Source: Balanoglossus misakiensis (lineage: Eukaryota; Animalia; Hemichordata). Taken from it: DNA of 64,000 bases. The translations under genes were made by a program, and so were the position numbers. Below are positions 1-13,314 of this stretch, piece after piece. The notes under the pieces were generated by a model, which had not been told where the DNA came from, made no database searches, and worked only from the letters and a program-made list of their open reading frames with translations. Position 1 is the stretch's first letter. Every line of letters begins with the position of its first letter. Where the stretch lies: the NCBI GenBank assembly GCA_040954595.2, contig JBECUI020000024.1:434001-498000 (forward strand), given 5' to 3'.

Positions 1-14
1 GTTGTGATACTCAC

Positions 15-159
15 TGCAGATAGCATTCTTTTCAGTAGGAACTATTTCTGCTGCCATTTCAATATTGTCTTTATTCCATGTAAATATATTTCCTCCAATT
101 GAACAGTCCCCCGCCACAGCTGCAACCTCTTCTGCAGTCAGAACTTTTGACCACATGTA
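15..159 (-). pseudogene. Pentraxin/LamG-domain C-terminal exon fragment, 5'-truncated
   Basis: Minus-strand frame reads YMWSKVLTAEEVAAVAGDCSIGGNIFTWNKDNIEMAAEIVPTEKNAIC, matching the pentraxin tail pattern W-x-x-VL...C...GN-x-x-x-W. It ends at a GTGAGT donor (14-9). The nearest upstream AG (191-189) leads to an in-frame TAA, and repeat DNA lies upstream. Confidence 0.65.
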
Positions 160-707
160 TGTCATTTAGTCAAGACAATTTGGGAGAACTGTAGTTTAAA
201 GCCTCCAAAGCTGCCACTTTTAGCATTATTTTCATGATTTTATTTTCCAACTTAAATTGGTTCATCAAAATAAGCTTACTGATAGGTATACATAAACATC
301 TTATCGATGCCCGATTGTGACTGCATGTTGCAATTGGAACATGCTATGTATTAAAACGGTGCCTCACCGATTTAATCAGCCTTCATACAAACAATAGCAG
401 CTAAGCAGCTATCGTGAAATGCGATGCCAAGTTATGACAAACCAATGCAAATGCAAGTAATATGGCTCAATGGTCACGGGTGAAGATTTTAGGGAATAGG
501 GAATATACATATGAAGTATTTTACTCTGGAAAAAAATATGCCAATTTTAGCAGCTATAGGGTTTTTAAAGCGCGGGCGAAGTATGAACAGATGCAGTAAA
601 TATCGATACATTGTATTTTGGAGGTTTCTCATAACCATGATTGGTTGGCTAATTATGCGGTGTTTTCTAAATAAAAGGAACAATATTAATTTATTGTTGG
701 GGCTCAC

Positions 708-780
708 CTCCGTTAACATCTTGCCGTCTCTGCTGAGTGTTGGCCTCTTCCAGCGGCACGTGTTTGTCCTTTAGGGCATG
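708..780 (-). CDS. Exon 2 of secreted (pentraxin-domain) protein gene
   Basis: TTTTACAG acceptor (781-788), 73-nt open frame HALKDKHVPLEEANTQQRRQDVNG, GTGAG donor at 707. In phase with the phase-0 end of exon 1. Confidence 0.55.
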
Positions 781-1007
781 CTGTAAAATATTTAGAATAG
801 CGCTGCCATTTGATCAAAGGATAAGCTGGCTTCGCGTGTTAGGGATGTGTGTCTGACGACTATGCCTCGAAGCAAAAGACACAGCCGACCCTGCCACGCA
901 GATTCATTTGTTGTGTCACACATTTTCGATCCAAGAAGAGAATATCAACCTTGACGTTGCGAAAATGACAAGAAACTTTCACTCATATAGGTTGTGTGAT
1001 TACTTAC

Positions 1008-1094
1008 CCGCAACTTGTTGGGAATTGCTGTCACCAGAGGTGCCCACAGCGTGAAAGCCAGAATGACTGCGACGCCTGCATTGGAGTTCGTCAT
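1008..1094 (-). CDS. Exon 1 (signal peptide) of secreted protein gene
   Basis: MTNSNAGVAVILAFTLWAPLVTAIPNKLR has a hydrophobic signal-peptide core. GTAAGT donor at 1007-1002. TATAAAA lies upstream on the minus strand at 1165-1159. Alternative ATG at 1106. Confidence 0.6.
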
Positions 1095-1639
1095 GAATGG
1101 AAACATCGATGAACACGTTCGGTCTTCGATGAGGCTAGTGTCCACAGAATAGGCATTCTTTTATAAGGCAGCTGGGAGGTGGTAAATCCATTGTGATCAC
1201 CATGCTATTAGTAGCCCAAGCAGTCAAAATTTGCGAAAAATATATAAATATGGAAAAAATATATCAATGGGATCAATAGTTATTAAGCACTTTTTAAAAA
1301 CAAATGACACCGTAAGATCAATTATCTTGTTTTCCGCGACAAGTTTCAACATGGTATGTCAGCGCTACCAGTGAATAATATTATTAGAAACTATGACAGC
1401 TGTAACCGTGCGATTAATGATTTCATCAATTTTAATCATATACTTGTGAATATTTGCGCGGGTGCTGGTTTAATAAACTGTGTTGATATATAGGTGGAAG
1501 ACTGTTTAGTTTTCCAGTCAATTATGTGATGTATTACGCCTGACGCTTAAATGATTTGGTCCAGGGAGAATAACCGCGTTTGGCCGGTCAAGCGAACCCT
1601 GGATCTTGCAGGCTCTGCCCACTTTCCAATCAACAACCA

Positions 1640-1836
1640 TTGAGCATGCGCAGTTGATACTTCACATTGTAAACAAGATGGCGTCGCTGTATATGCTTCT
1701 GGACCGCTGTCGCCCGACTATGTCGGCAAAGAAGAGACGAATTTAACCAAGCAACGCCATATCGGAAGATAGAATGATCGCGAGATGAAACCGGGATATC
1801 CAACGATTTGGCAGCCATGTTGATTGATTGGTAAGT
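1640..1836 (+). promoter_or_regulatory. CpG-rich promoter/first-exon-like tip of the arm (NRF1-like and YY1 motifs, splice donor)
   Basis: TGAGCATGCGCA (1641-1652), AAGATGGCG (1675-1683) and a GTAAGT donor at 1831. Mirrored at 56445-56641. Confidence 0.4.
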
Positions 1837-3329
1837 CGCCGAAGTAACTATTTGCCATTGATTTGTTTACCAGAAACGGTTTGCCTTTGGAACACATTTG
1901 ACCTCAATGAAATTGATTTCAGAGTTTTTTCCCAAGAACTAATGACGTTCGTTTTCACCTTTCTGTCCCGAAGTTGCAAACGTGTTGTCTCTGAGAAAAT
2001 AAATGTGATTTGTACCCGCGATAATCATAGTTCGGATTTCAACCCACAACATCAACGCCAGCCATTCACCAACATGTGCCAGATAATGTTTATCAGTCAT
2101 ATTTTCTCAGTCTGAATTTACAAAAGACTAATTGTATATTATGCACATTGCAATTTTAATATGTAACACGTTTGACCTGAGTGGGAGAATGGATTGAAGG
2201 GACACAAGCTTTTGTAGCCACTTATATTTTGACACTGTTTATATAAATGTTGAGCTGGCATATTTGTTCCCTTATGATGTAGTGTACCTGTTGCATTGAA
2301 ATGAAGCTGTAATATTAAAGTGCAATTTAGTCCTTTGGTTTACTGGGAAAATGAGGTCAATAAATGACAGGTTTATTTAGATATATGATATATTTCTCAC
2401 AAGCACTTATGCATATGTATGAGATACTTATTTATTTTTAATTTATGTATTTATTTTTAATTTATTTTGTATGTTCAGGTAATCATATGGATTTGTATGG
2501 AATCACATACACATTAATTAAAGACTATCATATCACAGAAGTCGAGCCTCCACATGTGTAAGGTAACCATTTAGGTTTCATGACTAAGTTTGTTTAAGAA
2601 TTCATAAAGCACGAATTCTACCTAATGAATGAATTTTCTTAGAATTTCACAACTGTGACAGGGTTTGCAGTTATGCGAAAAAGTGTTATTATTCACATAC
2701 GAAACTTTTCGTATACATTTTTCTGATGGCAATGCATTTAACTTTGAACAAATATTGACGTCAGTTAGTAGTGCTATTTTGTCAGTGAAATTGCTTCATC
2801 ATCATCCCTCCAACCAAAGTTGAAACTGAGTTGCAAATATTGCACAGCTTGAAATCATAAAATGTCGCAAAATTGAACCAACCATTCGGTCAACGATTAT
2901 GTTCTTACAGCTATTATTAGAAGCAGACAGTCTCAGGGAACAAGATACATGGGCCTGATTTGCAAACTGAGTTGGAACTAACCTTGCCTGCCCATGGATG
3001 CGCCAATTCAGTGAATCTTATCGTATTAAAAATGAATATGGAGAACTATTCTCTGTGTTGTGATTGTTAGCCTACATGTATACATATGTACCTTGAGTGA
3101 TTCCACTTTCTTCAGTGTCCTGTGAATTCAGTTGCCATAACTTGCGCTTCACACAGCGCATACATGTAGGTCTAATCAATTGGGCAACTGGGTCTTACAA
3201 TATTATCTGATGCCTCTTACTGGCCGAAGGACCACAAGTTGCATTTTCACATCGCATATAAATAGAAAACCCATTAATTTCTACTGTATGATTTTATTGA
3301 CGATTCAATAGTTTCATGACTGTTAGTGT

Positions 3330-4590
3330 TACTACAACATTCAGAATACTAGCAACAAATGCCAAACTAGCAACACCGGCTTTCTTTGAGGGGGCCACCG
3401 GCTTTCTTTGAGGGGGCCCGACACGTTATCTCTAAAATTGTAACAACGTCACAATTTAGTAGACAAATAGGCGCCCCCCCCCCCCATCCCTATTGCGCAG
3501 TTGAAGTACGTGCGTGTTGAGAGAGACGTGTCGATTCGAACGCTGCTCTAGGAAGCTCGTAGTTACCTTCTTACCGGGACATTTGTACTTGAACGGACTG
3601 GGTTCCTCCCACTTCAGGTCGGTAGATTCCTGTGAAGCAGAGACGTGAATTTTGCCGTTCCTAGTGCCGCGGGTTGCAGTGTATCCCGTCTGTTGAACTT
3701 TTTTAGAGATTGAGATGAGAATTAGCAGTGTAGGATAGAGACGACGTACCAAACTGTCGTGTTGTATTCTGAATTTGTGTTGAAATAAATACGACGGAAG
3801 AGTTTGAACGGCATTGCTGTGTGGACTGATAGTTTTGTGGCAAATTCGGGCGTCCGAGGCTGCCGCTAACCTTGCCGCGATCACCCGGCCGCTTGAGAAC
3901 TTTCTCGACGTACGCATGAACTTGTTGTTTGTGGCAGCAATCGTGACAGGTTACGTTGTTTGAAAAAAACGTTGACGCGTCAATGCGCCCAGCGGCGGAC
4001 GCCACATGAATTTTTCAGATCTGGCTTTTTCAACGTGTTTGTTTGGCGTTCATGATTTAGTATATATCCATGTTCTTGTTCCGCTATTTCCCATTCCGAA
4101 AACCCCAAAGTTTTGACTAGAAAAGGCCTCAGACACCTTCATATGCTGTCCGGCAGCCGGGGTGGGATATCCGACCGCGGTGCAGCTCAAAGTGGCGTGG
4201 AGCTGGTAATGTTGGGAACAGTGCAGCCGGCCGGTGGATCGACGTCTTAGCCTACACTTTCATACCCGCCGGCGTGCGGCAATCTGGAGGAACCCAGTCC
4301 GTTCCAGCGCAAATGTCCCTGTCAGTAGGTAACTACGAGCTTCGTAGAGCAGCGTTCGACACGCTAAACAACTCTCGTCGTCCGTGTTCAAGTCAGTCTC
4401 CTACCCCTTTCTGTTCACGTCTCTCTCTCAACACGCACGTACTTCAACTGCGCAATTGGGATGGGGGGACGCCTCTTTGTCTAGTACATTGTGACGTTGT
4501 TACAATTTTAGAGATAACGCGTTGCTGGCATGAAAGAAATACGATGTTGCCAGTTTGCCGTTTGGTGCTGGTAAAAAGAATTTCGTGGTA
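3330..4590. mobile_element. Non-autonomous DNA transposon with long imperfect TIRs
   Basis: TACTACAACATTC...GCCAAACTAGCAAC at the left end is inverted as GTTGCCAGTTTGCC...TTCGTGGTA at the right end, and 3421-3530 is inverted at 4415-4522. Absent from the mirror arm (empty site about 54480). TSD not resolved. Confidence 0.75.
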
Positions 4591-6403
4591 ATTACAATAC
4601 CTAAATTCCCAAATGAAAGCATGCTGTCAGTTTTCATGTGATTGATATTAATTTTACAATTTCAAAATATGCTTAGCTCTGAATGATTATGAACATATCA
4701 AACTTCATGTTAAATAAACTGTCTTGATATTGTATACATTAAGGCCTACTACCAGTGTCACAACATTGATTTCCTGCATTTTTGCTCATGCCTTCTGACC
4801 AGTCAGTTGCCTCTGTATGTGTGTATGTAGTATGTGTGGATGTATGTATGTCTGTCCACATCAAAAACTTGAAAACCCCTTCGCGTATCCCCTTGATATT
4901 TGGTGTGTAGATGTAGGCCAGCCTGTAAATAGGATTTTGTTCATATTAAGAAGGTTGAAGTATTTTCATGATTGGTTTTATTTGATTACTCCAGAAACAT
5001 ACAATACAGAGTCTGTGTGGTAAGTCTTGATATTGGGTTTTTAGATGCAGGCACGCCTGTTCAAATGAAATATGCTAATTACCTGGAGCAATGTGAAATT
5101 GATCAAAACTCAGAAACTCAACAACTGGTCAGATTGCTTTGAACATTTGTATGCATGTAGCTTATGTCACGCCTGATATACTTTCAGCTAATATCGTGAA
5201 TTGTATCTAGAATTTAGTATGCTATTTCCTATAGGTAATCTTTGTTAGTATTGTTTAAATTGTGGCAAAATTTGTAATTTTTGGGAAATATAATTTTGTC
5301 ATTTTTGGTCAAAAATCATTTTCTCTGAAACTCCATGTCAGGTCAGGTTGCATTTAAATTTTGGTTTGCTTGTTCCATGAGGTAACCCAAGTAATGTTGT
5401 ATATCATTTTGGTGAAATTTGCATATTTGTGGTCTTGAGGCAATTTTTGCAATTTGTATTCTTTGAAACCGCATGTCAAATTGCTTTCAATTTTGGTAGG
5501 CATGTTCCTTGTGGTGATTGAAGTGAGATATTGTTGGATTTGTTGATATCTGAATTTTTGTGGTTGAGGCAGTTTTTGTCATTGTTGAAGAAATGTTGTT
5601 TTCACTGAAAATACTCCGATTCCTGTGAAATTGTATTAGGTTACCTGGTAGGTCATATCTGCTTGGCAATGTCACAGCGGTGTACACACCTATTTTTGTG
5701 TAATCCAAAGTGTGTAATAAGCTAGCAAATATTTACTAGTAAATCATGTATGTTCTACTTCTTACAAGGTTGAAGTATGTTGATGTCTGGGTTAAATGGG
5801 ATTCTTCAGAAACATACAATACAGAGTCTGTGGTACAGTTCATGGTCACATTCAGAATTACCTAGTCTATATCCAGCCGTGTTCTGTCCGCTTTGCTTCC
5901 AAAAGTATCGTCTAGTGTCATGCATGCCACTTGCCCAATAATCTGACACCCCTTGCTGGGAAATTTGATGTAACAAGTATCCCTTAGTGAAATTATTAAC
6001 ATAAATTGAACAATGTTGATTTGGCGTAAGATTATAGTGAAGGCAGGGCTTATTACATTGAAAATGCTATCCAGCCTTAATTACACATTATGAATATCCT
6101 TTGTCCAATCATTGGAAAAACAATGTACTTGCATAGCACTTTGAAGGTGAATCGCAAGTGGTCACTTTAATTACATTACCTCAAGCAGTCTTTTACATGT
6201 AGCTATAATAAGACAAACATTCCCGGTGTAATTAACATCACTGTTGTTATTAGTATCTATCTCCGATAAGTATCAAGTCTGCCTTATGTTATTTTAAGTC
6301 AATTGTCAGGTTCATGTACATATTTTACAACTTATCTATCTTGTCAAAAACTTTCGCATGTACCTAATTCTAGGCTTACCAGTAGGGTTATAGATACAGT
6401 GTA

Positions 6404-7916
6404 TTATTAGGTCCCATTGGTATAGGCCTATATACCATGGGACCTTATGGGATGGGTTGCGTCTGTATGTATGTATGGATGGATGTATGTATGGATGTAT
6501 GGATGTATGTCTGTATGTCCGTCCACATCAAAAACTTGAAAACCGCTGCGCGTATCACCTCAATATTTGGTGTGTAGGTGCAGGCAGGGCTGTAGATGGG
6601 AGTTTGTCCAAACGAAGTTGCCAGGCCCAAAAATATGCAAATTAGCTTGTAAAATGTGAAATTGATGAAAACTCTGTAAGTCAACAATTACTGGTCAGAT
6701 TGCTTTAAAAATTGGTATGCATGTACCTTATGTCAACCTCACATCGACCTGTAAGTGTTAAGTTAATATCATGGATGTTTTATTTTTTATAAATTTTTTA
6801 GTCTTTTTATTAAATTTATACCTTTACATTATACCTCTATGGTTAGGCTATGTCCACGTCTTATTGTGGAATTCTGGTCTGTGCAATAGTCCTGTACAGT
6901 GACTGTCTATTGGTCAGTGAGCACAATGGGGCCAAAATAAAAGGCAAATTTTTGGGCTCACCTGTAACACATGCTTAATACATTACTTATGTGCATACCT
7001 AATTCCGGGCTAACTAATAGGGCTAGAGGTTTCGTTCTTGGGGGACATGGACCAGTATAGGGTCAAAATTTCTTGCCCACATTTTGGGTGACCTCAGGTG
7101 ACCTTTGACCTACTTTTCCATATCTTGGCATCCAGAGCAGGTACAGACTTGGCGTTTGGAGAGTTGGCACTAAAATTGAAAAGCCAAAATTGGGCTCACC
7201 TGTAACACCTGCATATCTCATTAATTATGTGCATACCTAATTCCAGGCTAACCAATAGGGCTATAGGTTTGGTTTTTGTTGAACATGGACCAGTATAGGG
7301 TCAAAATTTCTTGCCCAAATTTTGCATGACCTTAGGTGACCTTTGACCTACTTTACCATATCTTGGCATCCAGAGCAGGTACAGACTTGGCATTTGGAGG
7401 GTTGGCACTAAAATTGAAAAGCCAAAATTGGGGGTCACCTGTGACACCTGCATATCTCATTAATTATGTGCATACCTAATTCCAGGATAACCAATAGAGC
7501 TATAGGTTTGGATTTTGTTGAACATGGACCAGTATAGGGTCAAAATTTCTTGCCCAAATTTTGCATGACCTCAGGTGACCTTTGACCTACTTTTCCATAT
7601 CTTGGCATCCAGAGCAGGTACAGACTTCGCGTTTGGAGGGTTGGGATTAAAATTGAAAAGCCAAAATTGGGGGTCACCTGTGACACCTGCATATCTCATT
7701 AATTATGCGCATACCTAATTCCAGGCTAACCAATAGGGCTATAGGTTTGGTTTTTGTTGAACATGGACCAGTATAGGGTCAAACTTTCTTGCCCAAATTT
7801 TGCATGACCTCAGGTGACCTTTGACCTACTTTTCCATATCTTGGCATCCAGAGCAGATATGCTTATTGCTATGTGCTATGTCCTCAAATGGGACCACAGT
7901 GTCCTTGACGCTATTT
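6404..7916 (+). mobile_element. Helentron-associated non-autonomous element (HINE/DINE-like) with internal tandem array
   Basis: 5' hairpin GGTCCCAT...ATGGGACC, then a (TGTA/TGGA)n microsatellite, and a 3' subterminal GGGACC plus short stem-loop followed by a T-run. Absent from the mirror arm (about 50828). Confidence 0.75.
6950..7860 (+). repeat. About 239-bp tandem repeat, about 4 copies
   Basis: GGACCAGTATAGGGTCAAA recurs at 7049, 7287, 7526 and 7765. Confidence 0.92.
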
Positions 7917-8354
7917 TATTAACATGCATTAATATGAAACTAAATGTTGATGGTTAATTAAAGACCCTCTTGAGCTATGGTAACCTCATTAAATATGTGC
8001 ATATCTTATTCTAGTGGATGTGGTAACCTGGACATGGACAACTCTGGGGTCAAAATCTTTTGACAAACTTTTGGGTGATCTTGGGTAAACTTTGACCTAC
8101 ATTCCTATATCTTGGCATCCGGCACAGATACATCCTTGACACTTGGAGTTATGGAACTATGTAATGGAATATTATGTCTTGCCTCATTAATTATGTACAT
8201 ACCTAATGCCAGCCTAACCAATAGGGCTGGAAGTCTGCCTTTTTTTGGACATGATACATTTGAGATCAACATTTTTCTACAGCAGCCAGCCTTCTCTTAA
8301 AAAGAATGGACAATATAAAGGCTTTGCTGGTATACTGAACTTTGGACTCCCTCC

Positions 8355-8560
8355 CTGAGACTGTGTGCCAATGACGGGATAGCCTACTCAGCGTTGGGTA
8401 GATCCTAAGAAGGCCTCAGCCAGGCATCAGATACAAAAAGCGGAAATCCAAGCTTTAATGGTGGGTTACATCGTTAACTTCCCTGCAGAGCTGATTTCTC
8501 AGACTGTGAGCCAATGACGGGTAAAGCCCCTAGGTAGGGGCCACCTAAGACAGGCCGGTC
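8355..8560. other. Two related hairpin motifs (candidate structured RNA)
   Basis: Both have GACTGTG-n-GCC-AATGAC-GGG-[variable hairpin]-CC-TAAGA-n(1-2)-GGC, with different hairpin sequences that both base-pair. Mirrored at 50175-50380. Confidence 0.45.
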
Positions 8561-9833
8561 ATGCTTTAGTCACAAAGAAGGGCAAGTTCAGTCATACCAT
8601 AACTTTGTCTGCTGTATATGCTTCATAATGATTGCATGGTATTTTGAGAATACATTGTCTTAAGGCAGTGTGACCAGCTAAAAAGTACTGGCAAACACAG
8701 CCAATGTGTAATAAAAAACATCTAATTTGGCTGAATAAAAGACATAAAACACAGCAAAAGCACTGTGACTAGCTGAGACATAATACTCCATTATGCATTT
8801 CCATCACTCCAAGTGTCAAGGTTGCATCTGCTCTGGATGCCAAGATATAGTAATGTTGGTCAAGGTTTACCCAAAGTCACCCAAAGTTCTGTCAAACAAT
8901 TTTGACCCCAATGTTGTCCATGTTTAGGTTTCTCCCTCCACTGGATAGCCTACAATTAGATATGCAAATATTTAATGACATTACCATAGATTAAGGCGGT
9001 CCTAAATTAACCATGAAATTATAGTTTCATGTTAATTCTTGTTATTACAAAACACTGTATCTATAACCCTTCTGGAAGCCATACTTTGTTTCATGCTACC
9101 CAATATGTGAAAGTAGGTAAAAAATCAGCCAAGGTTATTTGAAATTTTGCTGAAAAAAATCCGGTCCCTGACATTTGGTAAAGGGGTCAAGACACTTGGC
9201 AACAAATTGTTGTCCCAGATTAGAACATATTCATAAAAAACTCAGGGAAAGAAGGAAGTTTTTCACAGCTTTGGTGCTTCAAATAGTAGAGAGGTTCCCA
9301 AGTTATTTCAATGAAACCTTAATGTCAACATTACATCGTTAGACTCGAACTCATCTGGCATAAAGCTGCTAGTTAAAGCCCTAAGGGTTGTGCCACTTTT
9401 TCATTATTTTCATCTAAGATTTGTCAATCTAAATAAGCTTACTGCTAGGTATACATCTACATGAACATCTTGTTGACTGACGATTGTGGCTGTAATTTAA
9501 AGAAGTCAGATATTTAACAGGTACCACACCTGTTTAATCTGCCTCTATACAAAGGGTACACATCTATAGTGGTATGCATCACCTAGATATGACAAACATA
9601 AGCACTTCAAGTAATATGGCTTTATGGTGGCGATTTTGAAGGATGTGGAGAAGATTTGAAAAACACTCTTGAGGAAAAAGATGTGTTAAATCTTTGAAAT
9701 GTGTTTTATTCTTTGGTTCCCATTTCGTATATGTCTATCTACCACTGGGACCAATGTGAAATTGGTGGAAACTGGTCAAATTGCTTTAGAAATTGGTGTG
9801 TATTCATTTTGAGACCTCATGGATTTTTTTTCA

Positions 9834-12188
9834 TTTTTAGCTCACGTGAAAATCACGTGAGCTTATGGTTTAGCGATGTCTGTGTGTGTGTGTGTGTATG
9901 TATGTATGTGTGTGTGTGTCTGTCTGTATACCCGATATCTCAAGAACCGCTGAACCGATTTCAACCAAATTTAGTACACAGGTTCAGATATCATATGGCA
10001 AGAACTGAAAAGGTTTTGGTGCGTGTGGCTTTGATATTAATGAAGTTATTTAAGTTTTAATTTTTCTATTACATGGTTGTCTATGTGAGCTTTCGTTAAT
10101 GCCGCATATATGACCAGTGGAAACGATAGTTTGAGGAGATCGACTGTTTGAGGGCGCTGTGAAATGAGACATTCCTGGCGATATTGCCGTGGTTCTGTCC
10201 ATGCTCAGACGCTGTACCCGTCGTTACGAATAACTTCCCTACGTGAATCCACAAGGAAGCTAACGTTGTTTAGTTGCTTCATAGAGCGTAAATTGTTAAT
10301 CTACAGGACCGTCAGACGAATACTCTTTTCAAATGAAGTTTGAAACTACTTACGAGTAAGTTAGTGGAGACAATATGGCGGATAGTTGGCGTGCAGCCGA
10401 ATCCGCGTTATGACTATGACGTGACCCATTCATCAAGACAAACCGTAAATGATTCACGCATATTGTGGTCCTCACGCAGTCAATCTCAAAATGTCACCAG
10501 GCTTTCTATTTGTCTATTGTTCAGAGAAAAATAACGTGGCGGTTGATCACACTCAACAGTAAAATCCGTTTTGTGAGTTTATAGACAGTCTGTTATCGCC
10601 AATACTATATAGCGATTGCTAGATGGCTTACCCAATATGTGATCGAGCGAGAATGATAACATTGAATGTCTGTTCAGATCTCATTCCGTACGTCATACGT
10701 CAACATTTCGATTTCGATTTAATCCATTCATAAAGAATTTAGAGAAAGTCGTCTTGAATTGTGACCCCGACTATCAATTTTACGATGATTTTTTGGCGAC
10801 GGAATACACGAGGCGCCATTGCATAACTACGTCAGCTGGACTTCCAAGGTTACCATTTTGTGTGTATGGAATCTTATCACAGAGACTACGTACTTTGACA
10901 ATATGCCATGCTATATCAATGACGCCCCAGAAAATTTGGCGAAAAATGAATTTGTCTTCTCATGGTGGTGCAATATATTTTAATGTCTATTTTGAGGTTG
11001 ATTTTGGTTTTTGGCTAACATGTATATCAATGTCAGCTTATAGCATAAGTTGGTGTCCGTCGTCTATGTATGTCTGTATGTGTGCCTCATACAGAATTAT
11101 GTATTTTGCGAATGGATCAGTTTCGTCTAAATGTATTGATGTATGTATGTGTATGTCCATCAACATCAAAAACTTGAAACTACTGATATTTAGTGTGTAC
11201 ATAGAAATTGTTATTGCGAAAAAATGCATACTGGTATTAACTGGAAAAATGTTCAAATAGTCAAAATTGAAAAACTTAATAACAGCGGATCAGATTCAGT
11301 TTAAAATTGGCGTGCATTGGTGTGCAAGAACTATGGGAAGACCTCGTATGATTTTGTTCAGGTGGAGTCAGTATCTGGCGTTTGCTATTTTTTATGAATT
11401 TTTGGGGGAATTTTCTGCAGTTTTGTTTAAAAAAATTCTTCTCTGAAATTACATGTCCAATTGATTGGAAACTTGGTATGGAGGTTCATAGGGCTTACCT
11501 GAATCACATTTGTGCAAACGGTGGTGAAATTTGCAAAAATGCATTTTTGGGCAATATTTCCTGTTTTTGTCAAAAAATCAAATCCCGTGAAACTGTAAGT
11601 GCAATTGTTTTGATACTTTGTATTTGGGTTTCTAGGGGTGATCTCAGTCAGATATGATCAAATTGTAAAGAAATTTGCATAATTGTATTTTTTGGGAATT
11701 CTGCAGGGTTTGGCCAAATAGTCTTCAGTAAAACCACAAGTCCAATTGATTGGAAACTTTGAATGGGAATTCATATATGTGATATCAGTCAGATTTGTCT
11801 GAATTACCTGTTGTTTGCCAAAATGTCTTCCTTATTGAAACTTGTTAAAGAGGTTCTTAGGCATGAACAGAAATCAGATTTGTTGAAATCTGGTGAAATA
11901 TTCATACTTTTTGGTATATTTCTTGCCATTTTTGATCAACGAGTTTTAGAATTCCATAGACTTATCTTTTTATGCAGTTCAGGATGGGGTACATGACTCA
12001 TAACCCCTTACAAAAATTGACAAGGCAACAATTCCACAAACATGTTTACATTTCACAATGGTGCAACACACAACCCTTACACCATATACACTATAAACCA
12101 AATTGGTTTAACACTGGTTTTTCTAATCTTGTTATTCTGTCAACCAATCACAGTACTGCACGTGAGCATATTCAGTTAATATCTGGTT
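9834..12188 (+). mobile_element. HINE/DINE-like non-autonomous Helentron element
   Basis: T-run, 5' hairpin AGCTCACGTG-AAAAT-CACGTGAGCT, (TG)n microsatellite, and 3' subterminal CACGTGAGC (12159-12167) plus short stem. The flanks rejoin in the mirror arm at about 48905. Confidence 0.75.
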
Positions 12189-13314
12189 TGAAGTATATTT
12201 TTGGGGTGATTTTGGTCAAATACTCAAAAACCTCTACTCACAGTTCTTTGAAATTTGGTTTGCAGGTTCCTAGGTGTGTTATCACGACATTTTAACAAAT
12301 CCTATGATGGAAGTGTCAATATAGTTTTTGTGGACAATTTTTGCCATTTTTGTTTGATTGCTTTGCAATTTTTTGTTTTGCAGTTTCCAGGGGATTTTTT
12401 TACTGTGATATATCATAAATGTTCTGAAAATGAAAAAATTGTATTTTCGGGGCATAAAAAAAATTCTCAGAAAGTGCATGGTTGATCACTGTAAAAGTTT
12501 AGTTGTGAGTTAATGATATGTGCTTCTTTAGAATGATAATTGAATCAAATCATAGCTGAATTAGTTTTTTTGTTTATTTTGTTTGATATTTTTTCCTTAT
12601 ACCTCAAAAATTGTTATTATAAAAGGGAAATTACCATTACATAGTTGTTTGCAATTAAGGAGGACCCCCTCCCCCACTGAAAATCGTATACACCTTGATC
12701 TCTCTATGTCTGTATTCATGTCTGTATGTATGTTTTACAAATGTATGCTCCCAATAAGAGTGAAATGATTTTTTTTATCGTAATACTTCTAAAGTGATTA
12801 TTTCCTATGAGATATGCAGTCTTATTACCTAATCGTTTCTGAAATTCTACCTCATGCTGTGTATGAAAAGTCTAATATATGTCATTGTCAAGATCCCCAA
12901 AACAGGCTGATATAGTATCACATAACATTTGATAAAAGTATCCCAAACAGTGTGGCAATTTTGGTATACAGAAAAAAAAACACTAGAATGACAACAGCTA
13001 CATGTATGTAGGCTAGCAATAGGAACACAGATAACAATTCTCCATATTCATTTTTAAATACGATAAGATTCGCTGAAATTGGCACATCTGTGTGCAGGCA
13101 AAGTCAGTTCCAACTCGGCTTGCAAATCGGACCAATGTCTCTTGTTCGCTGAGACTGTATGGTTCTAGTAATAGCTGTAAGAACTTGATCATTGACCAAA
13201 CTCTTGGTTCAATTTTGCAACATTTTATGATTTCAAGCTGTACATATTTAACTCCGTTTCAACTATAGTTGGAGGGATAATAATGGAGCCATTTCACTGA
13301 CAAAATAGCGCTTA

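Noticed and set aside
8369-8412. Canonical SECIS element
   Set aside because: ATGA is present, but the apical AA is absent in motif A and only 5 nt from the core in motif B, and no selenoprotein ORF lies upstream. Kept only as an unclassified structured motif.
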